A DNA stretch of 64,000 nucleotides from NCBI RefSeq assembly GCF_009914755.1, contig NC_060947.1; one strand, given 5' to 3'. The position numbers were made by a program, and so were the translations under genes. The DNA comes from the human T2T-CHM13v2.0 reference genome, Homo sapiens. The notes beneath the pieces were generated by a model that worked only from the letters and a program-made list of their open reading frames with translations, searched no databases and was not told where the DNA came from. Positions 1 to 14,720 of this stretch are shown in pieces (the stretch's first letter is position 1; each line of letters opens with the position of its first letter).

Positions 1-1164
1 AGTATTGAATTAAATTACAGAGATGTTGTGTAGAATAATCTATAAAACACTTTCACAAAACAAATATAAGCAAGAATATTTTTAAATTGGGTTCCTAATA
101 TTTTCTAAAAGATTTTATATAAAACCTCAACTCAAGACCCAGGAATTCTTACACAATTATTAGTAATGTTGCATTTCTTTTTATTACTCCACAAGAATAA
201 CCACAATGTTATATTCATAGAGAGGACCCTGTCACCATGTTGTGTAGGTGCCATGTAGCCTATTATATACACTTCAGTGTTCAAGTTGAATAAGAATATC
301 ACAATTCTTACTTTCACCATCAGTGTATTCCTGATACATAAAATCCTTATGTATCAGGAATAAAAATATTTTGGTTCTACCCTGCCAGAATGAAAGAATT
401 GTATCTAGAAGGGAACCCCTCTACCTTGTTGGTTATGAGGAAATTCAGAGACCCATAGGTGAAAATGATAGGTCTTGGATTTTTAGACACCTGTCTCTTT
501 CATAGTTTTTTGCTGTTGTTATTTTGCATTTGAGGTTTGAAATGTCCACTGGCCATGTCAAGTGGAGATTTGAGGCAATTGTAAAAACGACTGGGGAGGA
601 ATATATGCAAACAAAATGCATTGCAGAAATACAGCCAAGCATTTCAGGCAATAACAGTGAGTTGTGGATTTGCTTTTGCTTGAATTAGATAATTTCTTCA
701 TCTTTTTAATATTTGATTTGCCAGTAGAGACTTGGCAAGAGAATATTTATTTCAACAGTGACTCCTGTGTCACATAGAAATATAATTAGTTTGATTATAA
801 TAATCTCTGTTAAGTAAATAAGATAATTCATTTGGAAATAAGTCTTTTTTTAAGAGCATTGGTCAGCCATATATTATCCTGAAATTGTATTCCTGGTTAA
901 TTCAAGCTTTAAATTTTAAAATTAGTTAATGGTAACCTGATTTCACCTATTATCATGTTGAAACTGTTGTTTGACCTGTCATTATAGTTAGAAATGACTG
1001 TCAATAATGATAATGAAGACCTCTGTCTTTGGAATACACAAATATGTGTAATAACCAGTGGTTGGCACAGATTAAAGTTGCCCACATATAGCCTTAAAGT
1101 CATTGGTTAGAGAAGTGTAAAGTTTAGAAATACATGAGTTCTGTCCAACTCATGAAAATGGAAA

Positions 1165-3085
1165 CAATAGAATAAATGTGAAGAGCAGAAGAAATGAAAT
1201 ATTAGCCTTAAAAGTGGAAATTACTAAAATAGGAAAACTAAACAGATATGGTTATCAAAGCAAAATCTGTTTTGGAAAAGATTAATGAGATACATACACT
1301 TCTGGCTAGACAGACTGACCTATGAAAAAAGAGAAAAAAAAACAATATTTTTTATAAAATGGGGTTGCTATGAAAGATATAAATACAAACGTAAACACTA
1401 AAATAAAAGTACAAATTTCCTAAATGCCAAAAAGTAATTAAAAAGCTGTAAAGATCAACCAAAAAAGAACAAGAGGAGAAATTATAACACAAATCAATAT
1501 GATAAATTGAAATATGTCAGTCATATTAATAAATATGAAAAGGCTAAACTCACCTGTTTAAAAAAATGTTTTTCAAATTGGCACATAAAGCAAACACAAC
1601 TCTATTCTGTATATAGAGAAATATAAAAAATGTAAGGATTCTAATAATCTAAAAATAGAGATATGAGCAAATATTTACTATTGAAATGGAAAAAATAAGA
1701 AAACAGAAACTTACAATCCTGTCATTAAATTAGAATTCAGGATCAAAAGTAATAAGTGAAATGGAGAAAGATGCTTCATAGTGCTAAAAGTCACAATCCA
1801 AATTAAAGATAAAATAGATATGAATAAGTACCAAATAATAGCAATTACCTATATAAAAAAGGAACTATAAAAAGTGCAAAGAAAATAAATAGAAATGCAT
1901 AATTGATAGAAGATTTTAACACACTATTCTCAGTACAAGTAAAGTGGACCATTAATTAATTAATTAATAATCTAAATAGCAAAAGCAATAAGGCATACTA
2001 GACACCATATGCTGATAATAGAAAATATAATTTCTTCTCAAGAACACGTAACTTTTTCAAAAATTTATGCTATATTACAGCACTCTCCTAAATGATCAAT
2101 GGGTTTCATAAAGTACAAATATTACAAACAAAACTATATATGTAATCACAGTGCAATAAAACTAGAAATTAAATTACGAGACATAAACAAAAGAAAATAA
2201 AAAGATTCTTCCACCTGGAAATTTAAAAGCCTTCTATTAAACAAATCTTGGTGAAAACATAGACATACACACAAATTACAGAATCTCTGAAAAATAATCG
2301 TAATGAAAGCCCTACATACCAGAATCTATGGGATACATTTAAAGCAATGATCAGAGGAAATTTACAGTACTAAAAACCTACATCAATAAAAATAAAAGAA
2401 TGAAAACAAAGTAATTAAATTTCTAACTCAAAAGTGTAAGAAAAACAAAGTAAACCAAAAAAAAGTAAAGAAATGATAAAGATTAAATTAGAAATTAGTG
2501 AGGTAGAAAACATAAAGATAGTTAATTAATTAATACCCAGTATCTTTAAAAAATCCAAAAAAGAAAACAAATCACTAATTTGAAAAATCAAGCAAATAAG
2601 AAGTAACAAGAAGGAAATAATTATTGCTACAACAGGAAAAATTATAAGAATCTACTTCGTACACACTTTTACAAATAAACTTGAAACCTAGATTATGTGG
2701 ATAATTTTCACGAAAACACAGTTTACAAAAACTGACCTGGTAGAGACAGGAAATTTAAACAGACCAATTTACATTATAAAAATAGAAAAAGTTATCAAGA
2801 AACTACTCCTCGTAAAAGTACCTAGCTCAGGTGGTTTCACAGAGCAATTTTACCATACTTTTAGAGAACAGATAGTCCTAATGAGACATGCATTTAAAAT
2901 GAAGGAAAGTGTCCAATTTTTTATGAAGCAAGTAGAACGCTGCTCCCATAAAAAATTACTGGATCAATATCACTCATGAATATTAATACAAAAACTCTGA
3001 ATAAAATATTAGCAGAGTCCAAAGTCATACTATATAAAAAAGTTATACACCATAGCCAACTGGAGTTTATGCCAGGAATGCACTA
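1165..3085 (+). mobile_element. Ancient L1 (L1M-type) ORF2 fragments, highly diverged
   Basis: A-rich plus strand with L1 ORF2 remnants such as ccagaatctatgggatacatttaaagca; ORF 2976 begins MNINTKTLNKILA, resembling L1 RT-region MNIDAKILNKILA. Boundaries approximate. Confidence 0.85.
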
Positions 3086-4458
3086 TACTTTTATATTATT
3101 TATTCTGCATTGTACGATGTGTTTAAGAGCTGTGTCAGGTAGGAGAGCTACAGAGCTCAGCTTGCTATCAGGTGATTTGCCTGTAGTTGTTCTTTTCTTG
3201 AATTTTAATTACCAGCGCCTACCCCAAGGTCCAAATTTTCTTCCAAATCTCAGTATGACTAACAATTAAAATTCAATTATTTCATGACTGCTGTCCTGAG
3301 ATGCGAGTCTCTAAAATTTGGCAACAGTGAGATTTCTCAAAAGGCATCAGTTATAATAACTATCAGAAAATTGAGTTTATTCAATTCAAAGCAAGTTTTT
3401 AAAGATCTCCATGCCAAAGAAAGACTGGGAGTAATTGAGTTGCTATGTGGTTATGAACTTTATCTTATCTTATAAATATTGGACTAAAATGGGAAGTGTT
3501 AGGAAAATATACTTTCATTTACTGTAGTCCTTGGACTGCTTTTTGCAGAATTTATCTAAGTCTTAGGATCTAAAATCATCAATAAATTAAACTGGAAATA
3601 TTCTAAACAAACATCAACCGAATTAGATATCTGATCAACTGATGTTAACTTTGAAGCTTTATTGTTCATTTTTTAGGGAGGTATAATAAACATTTGTTGA
3701 TTTTCAAGAGTTGTACCTATGATATGGTGAATCACAGCAAATGTGCTCTAATTCAACAATTTGGAGTCCTACTTGTTGCTGTTTGCTGAGCAATAACTTT
3801 GGAAGTAGGTTGGAAGTTAGTGGAAGAGGTGATTTAACCTGGTGAATTTAATAAGATTATTTAATACGAATTTAATAAGATATCTACACGTAATTAGTTA
3901 TCATACCTACCACCAGGCTTACCACAAACCAAAGCATGATTCATAGGACTGCATGTTTTCGATTTTTATATGAGCCCATTAGGATGGTTTTTGGTGACCT
4001 AATTTCCCTTCAGAGTTGTTCTTCATGTTACCATAAATCTACTTTTATCTATATAATACCACTGGGCACAGAGGGAAATGGAATAACCACTGTAGTTAGC
4101 CCAAAGACAATCACCCCTGAAGAATGACTCTGGAATCACCCACTCACATAAAGATTGCTCTACGTCTTGACATTTGCTGCAAATTTCTGAGACAAACTTG
4201 GAAATAAGATAACAATTGAACTAATCTGCATTACTCTGATTAGTGGTTCATCCTAGTTGAGTATAAAATAAGGCAAAATGACAAAAGGTGAAGTCACACA
4301 ATATTCATTTGTCTCTGTGGATAGCTTGTTTGTGCTTATAAAGTAAAAACAATAAATATTTTTGAACAACCACTAACTGACAGATACAATGCCAGACAGG
4401 ATGGTAGGCAAGCTTTATCTCTTGAGTTGAAAACCATTTATTTATGTTAAATGGTTCC

Positions 4459-4925
4459 TGTAGTGGACATTGGTGTTCTTCCTCGGTCCCCTCAGATCTT
4501 TTTTTTTTATTCTGGGCAACCCTCTTTCAGCCTTCATATACTTTTCTTCCAATATTCGACCCCCAAGGGACTCCTTGGGATCTGAAATCACTTTGTTGCA
4601 AATCATCTTGTTGCCTGGGAGTTTACTTCCCTACCTACTTCCCCATGGGGGGCCTTGGCCAGTGACAGGTTTGTGGAAAAGTATGAAAGCCCAGACCCCT
4701 TATTCCTGTCAGGACAGCAGGAATAGAGTTCCCCTTTGCAATCAACTGGTCTCAAAGGACTTTGCCTGAAATCTGAGATTGTGCCTTGACTTGTCCTCTT
4801 CATAGTCCCTGCTCACTTTTCTGTAATTCTTAACTGGTTTCTTCCATCAACACTTCCTTTATCAATCACTTGCACATCCATTCTCATCTTATAGTCTGCT
4901 TCTGGGGAATTCAACCTGAAATACC
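4459..4925 (+). mobile_element. ERVL solo LTR (LTR16/LTR33-like)
   Basis: Starts tgtagtggac and ends gtctgcttctggggaattcaacctgaaata, typical of the LTR16-group 3' end. Confidence 0.6.
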
Positions 4926-6712
4926 ACTTCCATCCCAAATTTAAAAGCGTAAAAAATATGTGAAACTCCCACTAATTACCTAGAAACAGAAAGAATTTAA
5001 AATTATCTAAAGACTCATTCAAAAAGCAAGTAATTACAATTTCTTTGAATAGCTAATTGTGGGAGACAAAATGAGTCAGTGGGTCGTGATGCCATCAAGA
5101 AAGAATTAATCTCAATATGATGTCATTCCTTCTGCACATAATTATATGTGGGTGTGGGATAATGGAAAAATATACTAGATTTTTTTCAAGGGCAGAAGCA
5201 GGAGAAAGAAGAAGGTGAATGTGTACAGAAAGAGCATTTAATAAGCTCTTTTAAAAAATCCAACAAGAGAAAAATATGAGGACGGACAAAATAATAAAAT
5301 CATTTTTATTCCCTCCAGACTTTCCATGATCTTTCTTTCTCACTCTATTTTAGCAGAGGCATCTTTTTATAGTGTTTATATGGTATAAATCTGGAGAGTA
5401 AAAAAGAGAAATAAATTGGCACTTTATAAAAACTTTAAAATCCTGAAGAGCAGCCAAAAGAAGTAGATTCAATTATATATTTTAATTAATCTATTAAGCA
5501 GGACTTTAGCTCTTACTTCTGGAGATAGAGGAAAAAAGCAGTAAAGTCTAAGTGCACAAAGGAGAAATAGTTGCTTAAACATAGAAGACAAACCTGGACA
5601 CTCATTGTTCATAACACAGAATATCAGTTGGATGGATAGGGCATATTGCCCTGCTTGAATAAAGGCATGATTAGGTCAAGAAATGGGTCTGTTGTGCCCA
5701 TCACTGGAACACTGTAAGCAACCTATACATACTTGTTGAATGCATTATCTTATTAATTAATCATATTAAAACCATAATCCTAGCTTATTTATTTACAAAG
5801 GATATGTACCCTATGATCTAGCACATAGCAGGTACTCAAAAATATATTTTGAATAAATAAAACTCAAATATCAGAAATGGGACACATGGCCTCTGAAGTA
5901 TAATTTCATTCACAGGAATGATGGAAACAAATGTTTGAAATCATGACTGTTTTGGAAAATTTGAGATGTATGGTTCTAATCAGCTCAACTTACCGAAAAA
6001 GAAAACCTATTTTTCCCCATAACCTACAGAAAAGTACTCTGTATTCAATCTTAGGCCTGAAAAAGGCCTAATATTGACCTTCTACCTTCCCATTTAGCCT
6101 AAATAGGTAATAGTAGCAGGAATGGTTATTATAACCCACCTAAGTTCTAGGAAATTTTAAGGAATTTTTTAAAGATGATAGAGTTAACATAATTTCCTAG
6201 ATAGTTTTGAGACTAAGTGGAATGAGGCCTACTTAGAATATGACAAAGGAACAATGCAAGACAGTGGCTTTTTAATATACAATATCTAATCTTGCTCACA
6301 CAAAATATCAAATAAATGGAGAAGAAGAGGCATACTAGGTATGAAGTAGTAGTAAGAGCATTAAGAGTGAAGGTACATTCTTAAAATTTTTAGAGCAATC
6401 TTGCGGCGTAAAATGATCTATGAAATTTAGAGTGCATTTCTTTCTTCTCCTTCTGAGTTGCATATTCAGCTACCTACTCCCTAATTTCCCTTGGCAGGTT
6501 CCAGATTTAAGTGCTTTTTTACAATTTAGATGCTTTTTACTGGACATATAGACTCCTCTCTAACAGTATACACACTGTCCCAATCAGAAGAGAGTTCAAC
6601 CGTCAATTAACTCACTGACAGAATAGTAACATTTTCTTCATTAGCATAATGTGGTATGAGTCTAGTGAATGGAATTCAATCTCAATGGAGACCTACTCTA
6701 GCCCAGCACAAT

Positions 6713-6716
<4 letters not shown>

Positions 6717-6788
<72 letters not shown>
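6717..6788. repeat. Compound (TC)n(TA)n microsatellite
   Basis: Directly visible: TC run 6717-6754 followed by TA run to 6788. Confidence 0.98.
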
Positions 6789-6790
<2 letters not shown>

Positions 6791-7174
6791 CTGTCATCCC
6801 CATTTTTAAAATTAGGAAACTCAATTGTGATATTATTAAGTAATATACTCACACAGAATATTTCATACCAGCCCTGGGAGGTAGTTCCTATCACCATTGT
6901 ATGGATAAAAAAAGCTGGCTCTCAAACAGGATATGACATTTTTGTACTTTCCCAGGGTTTATGATATCTGCTCCAACTCAAATATCTTTGCCATATCGGA
7001 TGGCATTTTTAAAAAGGCTATTGTGTAAGAGGCTTATTAGAAAAAACCTCTATTATTACATTTTTCTTCTCCTTGAATAGGCGACACTGTCTCTTGTTTA
7101 CTGAAAATTGGTACTAGAACTAATTAATTCCTTCTTGAAGAATTCAGTTAATATGCTTGACTTTTTATTTTTAG

Positions 7175-7283
7175 AGAATTGCAATTTTCAATACTGACTT
7201 GCCGCTAGCAAGAAGAAAACAGAAAGGAAAAAGCATACGAAGGAGTGGAGGAAACAAATTGTATATCCAGGATATACCTGAAG
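7175..7283 (+). other. Candidate exon (109 nt), probably non-coding
   Basis: Acceptor ctttttatttttag and donor AAG|gtaaga in unique, purine-rich sequence. One frame is open, with no recognisable homology. Confidence 0.3.
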
Positions 7284-8035
7284 GTAAGAGGCACTGTTAA
7301 CCAAACTGCCTGGGCTACCAGGTTAAGATTTTTCTCCACAGAAGCTGAAGCCATCCATTGATCCTTTCTAGTCTTCAGAGACGGTGTTTGCAAGAATCAA
7401 GGAAATGGGCAACAAGAGAGCTAGACATATTTTAGCATTTAGGTCTACTTTTTCTCCTCTAATTGGACAAAAACATTCTTACTCCTAAGAAATACTTTAC
7501 CATACATGCCAATTGGATGAACATCAAGTCACAGAATAAAAACAGCTATCGTCGGTCAATCAGCAGAATATCTCCGAAATCTTGAATGTATCTTCCAAAT
7601 GCAGCTAATAGTAAACATATGTATACTGCTCTCGGCAAAAATTAAAAATTAATCACACCAAAATTAAGAAAAAAATTATTTAAGGAAAAAAATTATTCTA
7701 GTTAGTGAGGTCAGACTTTTTCAGCTCAACCTAAATTATTGCTGCCAACTCTCAGATGTGTTATTTCACGTTAGTGCGTGGGAAAGAAAGGGTGTATGCT
7801 ATTGTTGTGTTACTGTTGCAAAAGTAAGCACTTCTTTAAAAAATAAAGAATAATTACAGAAGAAAATAATAAAAAAGAATGAAAATGAGAACCTTCCCTT
7901 CCCCTTGCAAAAAAAGAGAAAAAAAACTATGAGAGTGACTCAAAAACACTCAAGCAGTATAAAAAGGTGATCCTTTTAACAAGTACCTATACTGAGTCCT
8001 GACATAACAGCCTGTATGTAACTGGGTCCTTTTAG

Positions 8036-8172
8036 ATTTCACAGTAGAGGAAATAGAAGTTAAGTACAATTAGAGGAGATGTATATATGGTGTGGTGATC
8101 ATGTCAGAAACAGACACTTCTGAAACTAGCAGATAAAAGATTTCTAATCATGATGGCGCACAGCCATTATAG
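8036..8172 (+). other. Candidate non-coding exon (137 nt)
   Basis: Acceptor tccttttag and donor TAG|gtaaga. Confidence 0.2.
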
Positions 8173-8756
8173 GTAAGAATGCTTCTACAACTGAACCTGA
8201 TCATGCCAGGAGACCAAGGTTTCCCTAGGTCCAAGTATTTGATTCACAACATTGAAATGCCTAGCTTTTATATTGTTTAGATAGTCAGTAAGATTTAAGA
8301 GAAAATAGGTAAAATAGCCACTCAAACCACAAAACCATTGGAAAATAGTTTCTTCTTTGGATATTTAGCTTGTTTCTGTCTTGCTACTCCCCATAGACAT
8401 AACTAAGTATGTTAATTCACTTTTGAAAATGTATTTAATAACCCAAAGGTGGGCAGGACACCAACACATGACCACAAGAGCAATTCAGTCTTGACAAAAC
8501 AGGAGAAATGATTACGATTTATTTATGTTTAATGTGACTCTTAGGTCACTTAAAAGCCACCAGCACATTAGTATCTAAGAACATGAAAGTTCAGCATATG
8601 TCTTTTACCTAATGAGCTGGTGATTTTTTATATAATTTTTATGTTGTTTCCCTCTTTTAACTGAACAAATGTTCCAAATGGAACAAAATTAAAGTTGATG
8701 ATGTTAGTATGTTTATTAAATGGAAAACTACATTATTTTATAGGACTTATTTTTAG

Positions 8757-9072
<316 letters not shown>

Positions 9073-9734
9073 TGGAAAGAATTATTTTTAATTTTATTGC
9101 TACTTACTTTGTATTTGCTACAAAGGAGATATGGAAGATATTTTTTGAATTATAATGCTAACCTTCTCCCCCAAATGCTAATCTTTTCTCTTCTAAATGA
9201 TAAATTGCTCAATTTTTATCTATTACCTCCTGCATTCCTTCACCACATGTTCCTTTTTCTTCCTGCTACTCATACCATTTTTCCATGAAATAATCAAAAA
9301 CCTCATTAGGTAGGTCCAAAGCCAAACTATGTCTTTAAGTGCATTTATACATGTAGTCTTGCTAATTGTCATAAGAGATTAGTCTTTAGGTGGCCAGGCA
9401 AACCTTCTCTTCTTCAACATCTCCTTTTGGGCTCCTGCTTTCTTCAGATGTACAGAGCCCAGCATCAGTTTTTACAACACCTCATTCTGTATTCCAGCTT
9501 AGTCTGGGTTTGGATGACAGCTGAGAGTGGCTAGAAGCATGACAAAGCTCTGCCATATGGAAAGATTTCTATTTATGTAGACACCTTCTCTGAGTTAAGC
9601 TCATTATGGTGCAGCTTGAAGGACAAGAATTTAACAAGACAGCAACACGACTACTGTGGAAATTCTACCAACCTTAACAGGCCAGTTTCTGCCTCACTAT
9701 CCCACCTACCGTACATCTGGCAGAAATCCACCCC

Positions 9735-9835
9735 TACTAACTAAGTGATTTGGGGCAAGTTCCTTGACTGCTCTAAGCCTTCTTTTTCTCATCTGTATAA
9801 TGAGCACAGTAGTAGGGCCTTATCTTATCGGGCTT
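9735..9835 (+). mobile_element. MIR fragment
   Basis: MIR core ggggcaagttccttgactgctctaagcct...ctcatctgtataatg. Confidence 0.65.
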
Positions 9836-10175
9836 ATTTTTAAAATTTTGTCTTGAAATAAATTGAAAATTACAGAAAAGTACAAAGAATTCCTGTATTC
9901 CTTTTACCCAGGACTCTAATTGTTAATATTTTCTTTTATTTGCTCCATTTCTTCCTCCCTCCTTTCTCTGTTCCTCTGTCTCTCTGTCACCCATTATTAT
10001 GTATTTTCTGAACCCTTTGACAGCCACCTCCCATGTAATGTCCCATCACCTGAAAACATTTCAATACGTATTTCCCCATAACAATGACATTCTGCTACAT
10101 AACCAGTATAAATTCCTCCAAATCAAGAAATCAACATTGATATAACACTAACATCCAGCACAGACTCCAATTCAA
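9836..10175 (-). mobile_element. Old L1M 3' end fragment
   Basis: gacattctgctacataaccagtata...aaatcaagaaatcaacattgatataaca matches an antisense L1MC/ME 3' UTR. Confidence 0.6.
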
Positions 10176-11363
10176 AGTAAAGGCTAGGAGTACATCTTCA
10201 ATGGCCTGATTTCCTGCCTACCTCACTGCTCTTCACCCACATTCCCTGCAGCTGGGGATCACTGATCAATCACCTGCAGCTGAAGCCCCCTTCGGGCATT
10301 GGGGCCCAATTCCGTGCCTAAACATTGAGATTATGAAAAGTCTGAATTCGGTAACTTGAAACTTTGTCTTGAGTCCAGCTTTCAGCACAGCTCTATTTAA
10401 AGCTCTCACATTTGTGACCAAGCTCATTTACTTTATCTTCCTATGTTTGAGGCCCCATCCCTAGGATTGGAGTCAGAGACAGCTTTCAATATTTTTGTTT
10501 AATAGTGAAAGCCTTTCAAATGAAATTACACTGAATCACTACATCTATGTACACGGAGATATTTGGGTTGGAAATTTGATTATTTCATTTCCTAGCCATC
10601 AGAGATTATTTTGCCTATTTAGGTCTCAGTTACCTCATTTGTAAAATGAAGCACCAGCTAAGGCAAAGCATTGAGGTTAAATGGTACAAATATGTGAAAA
10701 AAAAATTGTTAGTGCCCTGATAATTGATTCATTTCAAGGAAACTTGTTCTCACTAAGCAGTGGCACAAAATCTGATATATAAACAAGAATGCAAATTTAT
10801 TGCATTCTTATGGTTCAATAGCCAAGGAGATCCCATCCTACTTGGTCAACCCATTATATTCCCCATAGGAAACATATGTGGGAAACCAAATTATAATAGC
10901 TGATTACTTACTAAGCATGAGGCCAGCCTTATCACACTGGCCATTTTGATCTTCTTACCATAATTTCTAATAACACTTATATGCTCTATAAGGCCAGAAT
11001 TTTCAACTTCGACTTTCTAGATCCTTGTCGGTGTTGCTCAAGGAAACTCCTTCTTCTAGCTTGACAAGCTTTTTATCTTTGGGTTCTTATTTTTAAGCAT
11101 TTATAAAGTCTTTTTTCCTTAATACATTATCATACTGATTCTTTTAATAGGAATTATATTGTGATACCTCCCTAGTAAACTTGATGGTGTTTGGGAGTTA
11201 CTAAATCCCTTTTCATTATTGTAGGGTAAACTTGTTAACAGAGAAGTCAAAGCATTTTGAAGAACCGTCATGTAAAATTTTATTTGGTGTAATAGTCAAA
11301 GTCATGCAGAATTATGCAAGATAATCAATTTCTTAGAACAGAACAAAACGATATATACCTAAT

Positions 11364-11949
11364 CATGGTAGACAGAGCCTAGGGTCATCCCCGTGATTCC
11401 TGCCTCCAGATATTCTTGCCTTCGTGACATCTCATCCCCTTGAGTGTAAACAGGACTTGTAATTTGTTTCTAACCAATAGAACACAGCAAAACTAATGAG
11501 ATGAATATGACTATGTGTACATGATTATGTTATATAAGGTTGTAACTCCAATTTGCTGAGAAAATCTCTCTTGTGCTGGGTTTGAAGAAGCCACCTGTCA
11601 TGGTGTGAGCTGGCTGAATGCACGAGCCACATGGTAAGCCCTCAGTGACCTCTGGCCAAAAGCCAGCAAGAAACTGAGCCCCCCACCCCCAACTTCAACA
11701 GCCTACAAGGAACTGAATACTGCCAACAATCATCAGAAGTTAGAAGTAGATCCTTCTTTAGTTGAGCCTCATAAAACTGTAGCCCTAGATGACACCTTGA
11801 TTGTAGCCTTGTGAGACCGTAAAGCAGAGGACCTAGCTAAGCTATTCATGGACTCCTCACCCACAGAAACAGTGGGAAAAATCAATAGGTGCTGTTTTAA
11901 GAAACTGAGTTTGTGGTAATTTGTTCCACAGCCATAGAAAACTAGCACA
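11364..11949 (+). mobile_element. MaLR solo LTR (MLT1E/F-like)
   Basis: gacaccttgattgtagccttgtgagacc, acccacagaaac and terminus gtggtaatttgttccacagccatagaaaactagcaca. Confidence 0.85.
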
Positions 11950-12645
11950 ACATTAGACTTCCATTTTTAATGTAGTATGAGTTTCCACACAAGTCATGAA
12001 ACTTCCACTAGATCTTAAATAAATGCTTCTATAGAAAACCTCTTTTACACATGTTCAACTCTCCCATAATTCAGTTTGTGGGGTGATGCTAGGAGAGCTA
12101 GAGAGTGAATTCATATGTTTAAGACTCTAGGAGATAATTCAATGACATGCTTCTCTCCCATCACAGTCTGAGCCCTGCCATTGGTTTGCAGACAACATCC
12201 AATGTTGCCATTTTCTTATCTGTCCAGGAATTTATACCTTTGCCTCAAGCATAAAGCAAAACAAAAACATTATATCATAGGTAATTAATTCTGTCCCTTC
12301 TAAATTGAGTTTTGATAGTTTTTCTTCCAGGGAGCAATTTTTTTCCAAGGTCTTCCCTCCAAATGGATAAATGCAAGTTCAACCAAGTGAAGGGAAGGAA
12401 GAAAGTTATAGGAACAAGTTCAGAGTGCTAATCCCCATGATGTGAGGGCACATGATGTGAAATGAAGGCAGTGGTGGTACACAATAAAGCTAACTAGTTA
12501 AGATGAAGTCAGACCATGCAAAATTTTAATAGAGCACATTCAAGATTTACCTTCTTAACCTAGGAACAATGAGAATATGCTGAAGGGTTTCAGGAGTGTG
12601 GGGGAAGTAGTACGATCAAAACAGCCTTTTGAAAAGGTGAGTCTG

Positions 12646-12966
12646 GGCCGGGCGCTGTGGCTCACGCCTGTAATCCCAGCACTCTGGGAGGCCGAGGCAG
12701 GCAGATCACCTGAGGTTGGGAGTTCGAGACCAGCCTGACCAACATGGAGAAACCCCATCTCTACTAAAAATACAAAAATTAGCGGGGCGAGGTGGTGCAT
12801 GCCTGTAATCCCAGCTACTCGGGAGGCTGAGGCAGGAGAATCACTTGAACCCAGGAGCAGAGGTTGCGGTGAGCTGAGATCGCACCATTGCACTCCAGCC
12901 TGGGCAACAAGAGCAAGACTCTGTCTCAAAATAAAAAATAAATAAAATTTAAAAAAAGAAACAAAA
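12646..12966 (+). mobile_element. AluSp-like, full length
   Basis: cctgaccaacatggagaaacccc; 15-bp TSD gaaaag(g/a)tgagtctg at 12631-12645 and 12967-12981. Confidence 0.95.
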
Positions 12967-13119
12967 GAAAAGATGAGTCTGGCCCAAATGAAGGAGAGTA
13001 TTGTAAAAACATAGAGAACAGGAGGTGATTAAAGAAATCTGGTGAGAGATTCTGATAGCCTGGATTAGTATGGTAACAATGAAAATTGAGAAGAGATGGA
13101 GATAATTGGACAGAGGTTC

Positions 13120-14574
13120 CTAAAGTTATTGCTCACTATTGCTTCTTAGACATTTCATCTCCCCCATCTTGGAAACATTTTCTGATTTAATTGTAATTTG
13201 CTGGAGGAATTTTCCATTTCTTCAGAAAGGGTGCATGGTTAATATGCTTTCTGGCCCTTGCATGTGTGAAGCAGTATCAACATTACCCTCATAAGTAAAT
13301 GAATACATGGACTCAAGCTGCTACATGTTTCTCTCAACATTTTATAAATGAGATACTATAACTTCCAGTTTTATATAGCAGAAAAGAAATGCTTCCCTGT
13401 GATTATCTGCCTTTTTTTGTACATACTTAGTTATTTCTGTTTTGGAAGTTTCCGTGATATTTTATCGTGATATTTCACCAGATATGTCTAGGAGTGTATA
13501 TTTTGTTCATTAATCCTATTTGGTACCCAATGAACACTTTTTATCTGAAAACTTGATTACTTTTAAAGCTCAGATAAGTTTTCTTTCTCAAATTTCTTGA
13601 ATTATTGCTTTCCCTCTCTTTATTTACCTTCTCTCCTTCTGGAAATTCTATTCTTGGCATAAATCTCTTGGCTTGTTCTGTATTTTCTTTTTTTACTCAT
13701 AATTTCTATTTCTTTATGTTTATTTTTCTTTTTTAGATAGTTTCTACATTTGAACTTTCAAATCACTTATTCAGTTTTCAGTAGTGCTGATTCCAACTTC
13801 TTCACAATTTTGGAATCTTTAAACCTAAAAAGCATTTTTTTCCCAAAACCTTTTGCTTTCTCATAATTTCTTTATTTTATTTTTCATAATAATTCTCATT
13901 ATGGTTTTTTAAAGTTTTTTTTCTGTTATGACTCCTTTCCTTTGAAGTACTAGGTTTCCTTAACTCATCTGTGAATTATCTGTCCATTCATGTCAGCAAG
14001 TTTAGTAATCTCAGAACTTTCATAGGTGAGATTGTTGGAGACTGTAGGGCTGTAGTGGCTTTACAGAAGAATACGGTAAAAAGTGTTTCATTAACCACTG
14101 GTAAAACAACTGGATTGATTGTTGCTGAGTACCCTACTATTTCAGTCTTCTCCAGGCATGAGCTTTGAGTGGCTCACCTTTTATTGGCCCATTGGAAGGG
14201 GATTAGTTCATAGTTCCCCTCAAGGGTGGTGAGAATCCATGGGACCAGTAGGGTATCTCAGGGATACAGTGGTGAGTGAGCAGGTAGAAATGGTTCATCT
14301 CCATGGTTTTAGGCAATCCCCAGAATCTCCTGGCTGCCCTCTCAGAGAGCCTTGAAGTCAGAGCTCCTTACTTCTTGCTGCATCAAGAAGAATGGTCTCT
14401 TTTCTCCTGGTAATTGAAATAATACTGCAGAGAAGGTACATTATCCTCCTAGCCTGGTTTCTGTAAGGCCATCTGGGAAGCCTAAAGATTCCAGATATAT
14501 GGGATCCCCTACAGGGTTCTACAATGAAATAGGATAATCTCTATACCACCTTCCCAACCCCTTCCACCCTAAAG

Positions 14575-14608
<34 letters not shown>

Positions 14609-14720
14609 ACATACACATACACACACACACTTTCATGTACTGGTGATTCCCTCCAGCAGGAGGTTAGAGGAAAATAAGGAGTGAAAAACATTTTCTCAGG
14701 CTGTCATCTTAACAGAATCC
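13120..14720 (-). mobile_element. Ancient L1M/HAL1-like 5' region (ORF1 side), diverged
   Basis: T-rich plus strand; ends gctgtcatcttaacagaatc, resembling the reverse complement of the old L1/HAL1 5' terminus. Confidence 0.55.
14575..14630. repeat. (CA)n microsatellite, interrupted
   Basis: Directly visible. Confidence 0.97.

Noticed and set aside
3610-3646. Imperfect palindrome aacatca...agatatct...tgatgtt as a miRNA hairpin
   Set aside because: It is too short and mismatched for a pre-miRNA and is plausible by chance in AT-rich DNA.
12555-12929. Alu-derived ORFs (also 19378, 25267, 48971, 58109 and 63564)
   Set aside because: These are typical Alu reading frames with no evidence of coding function.
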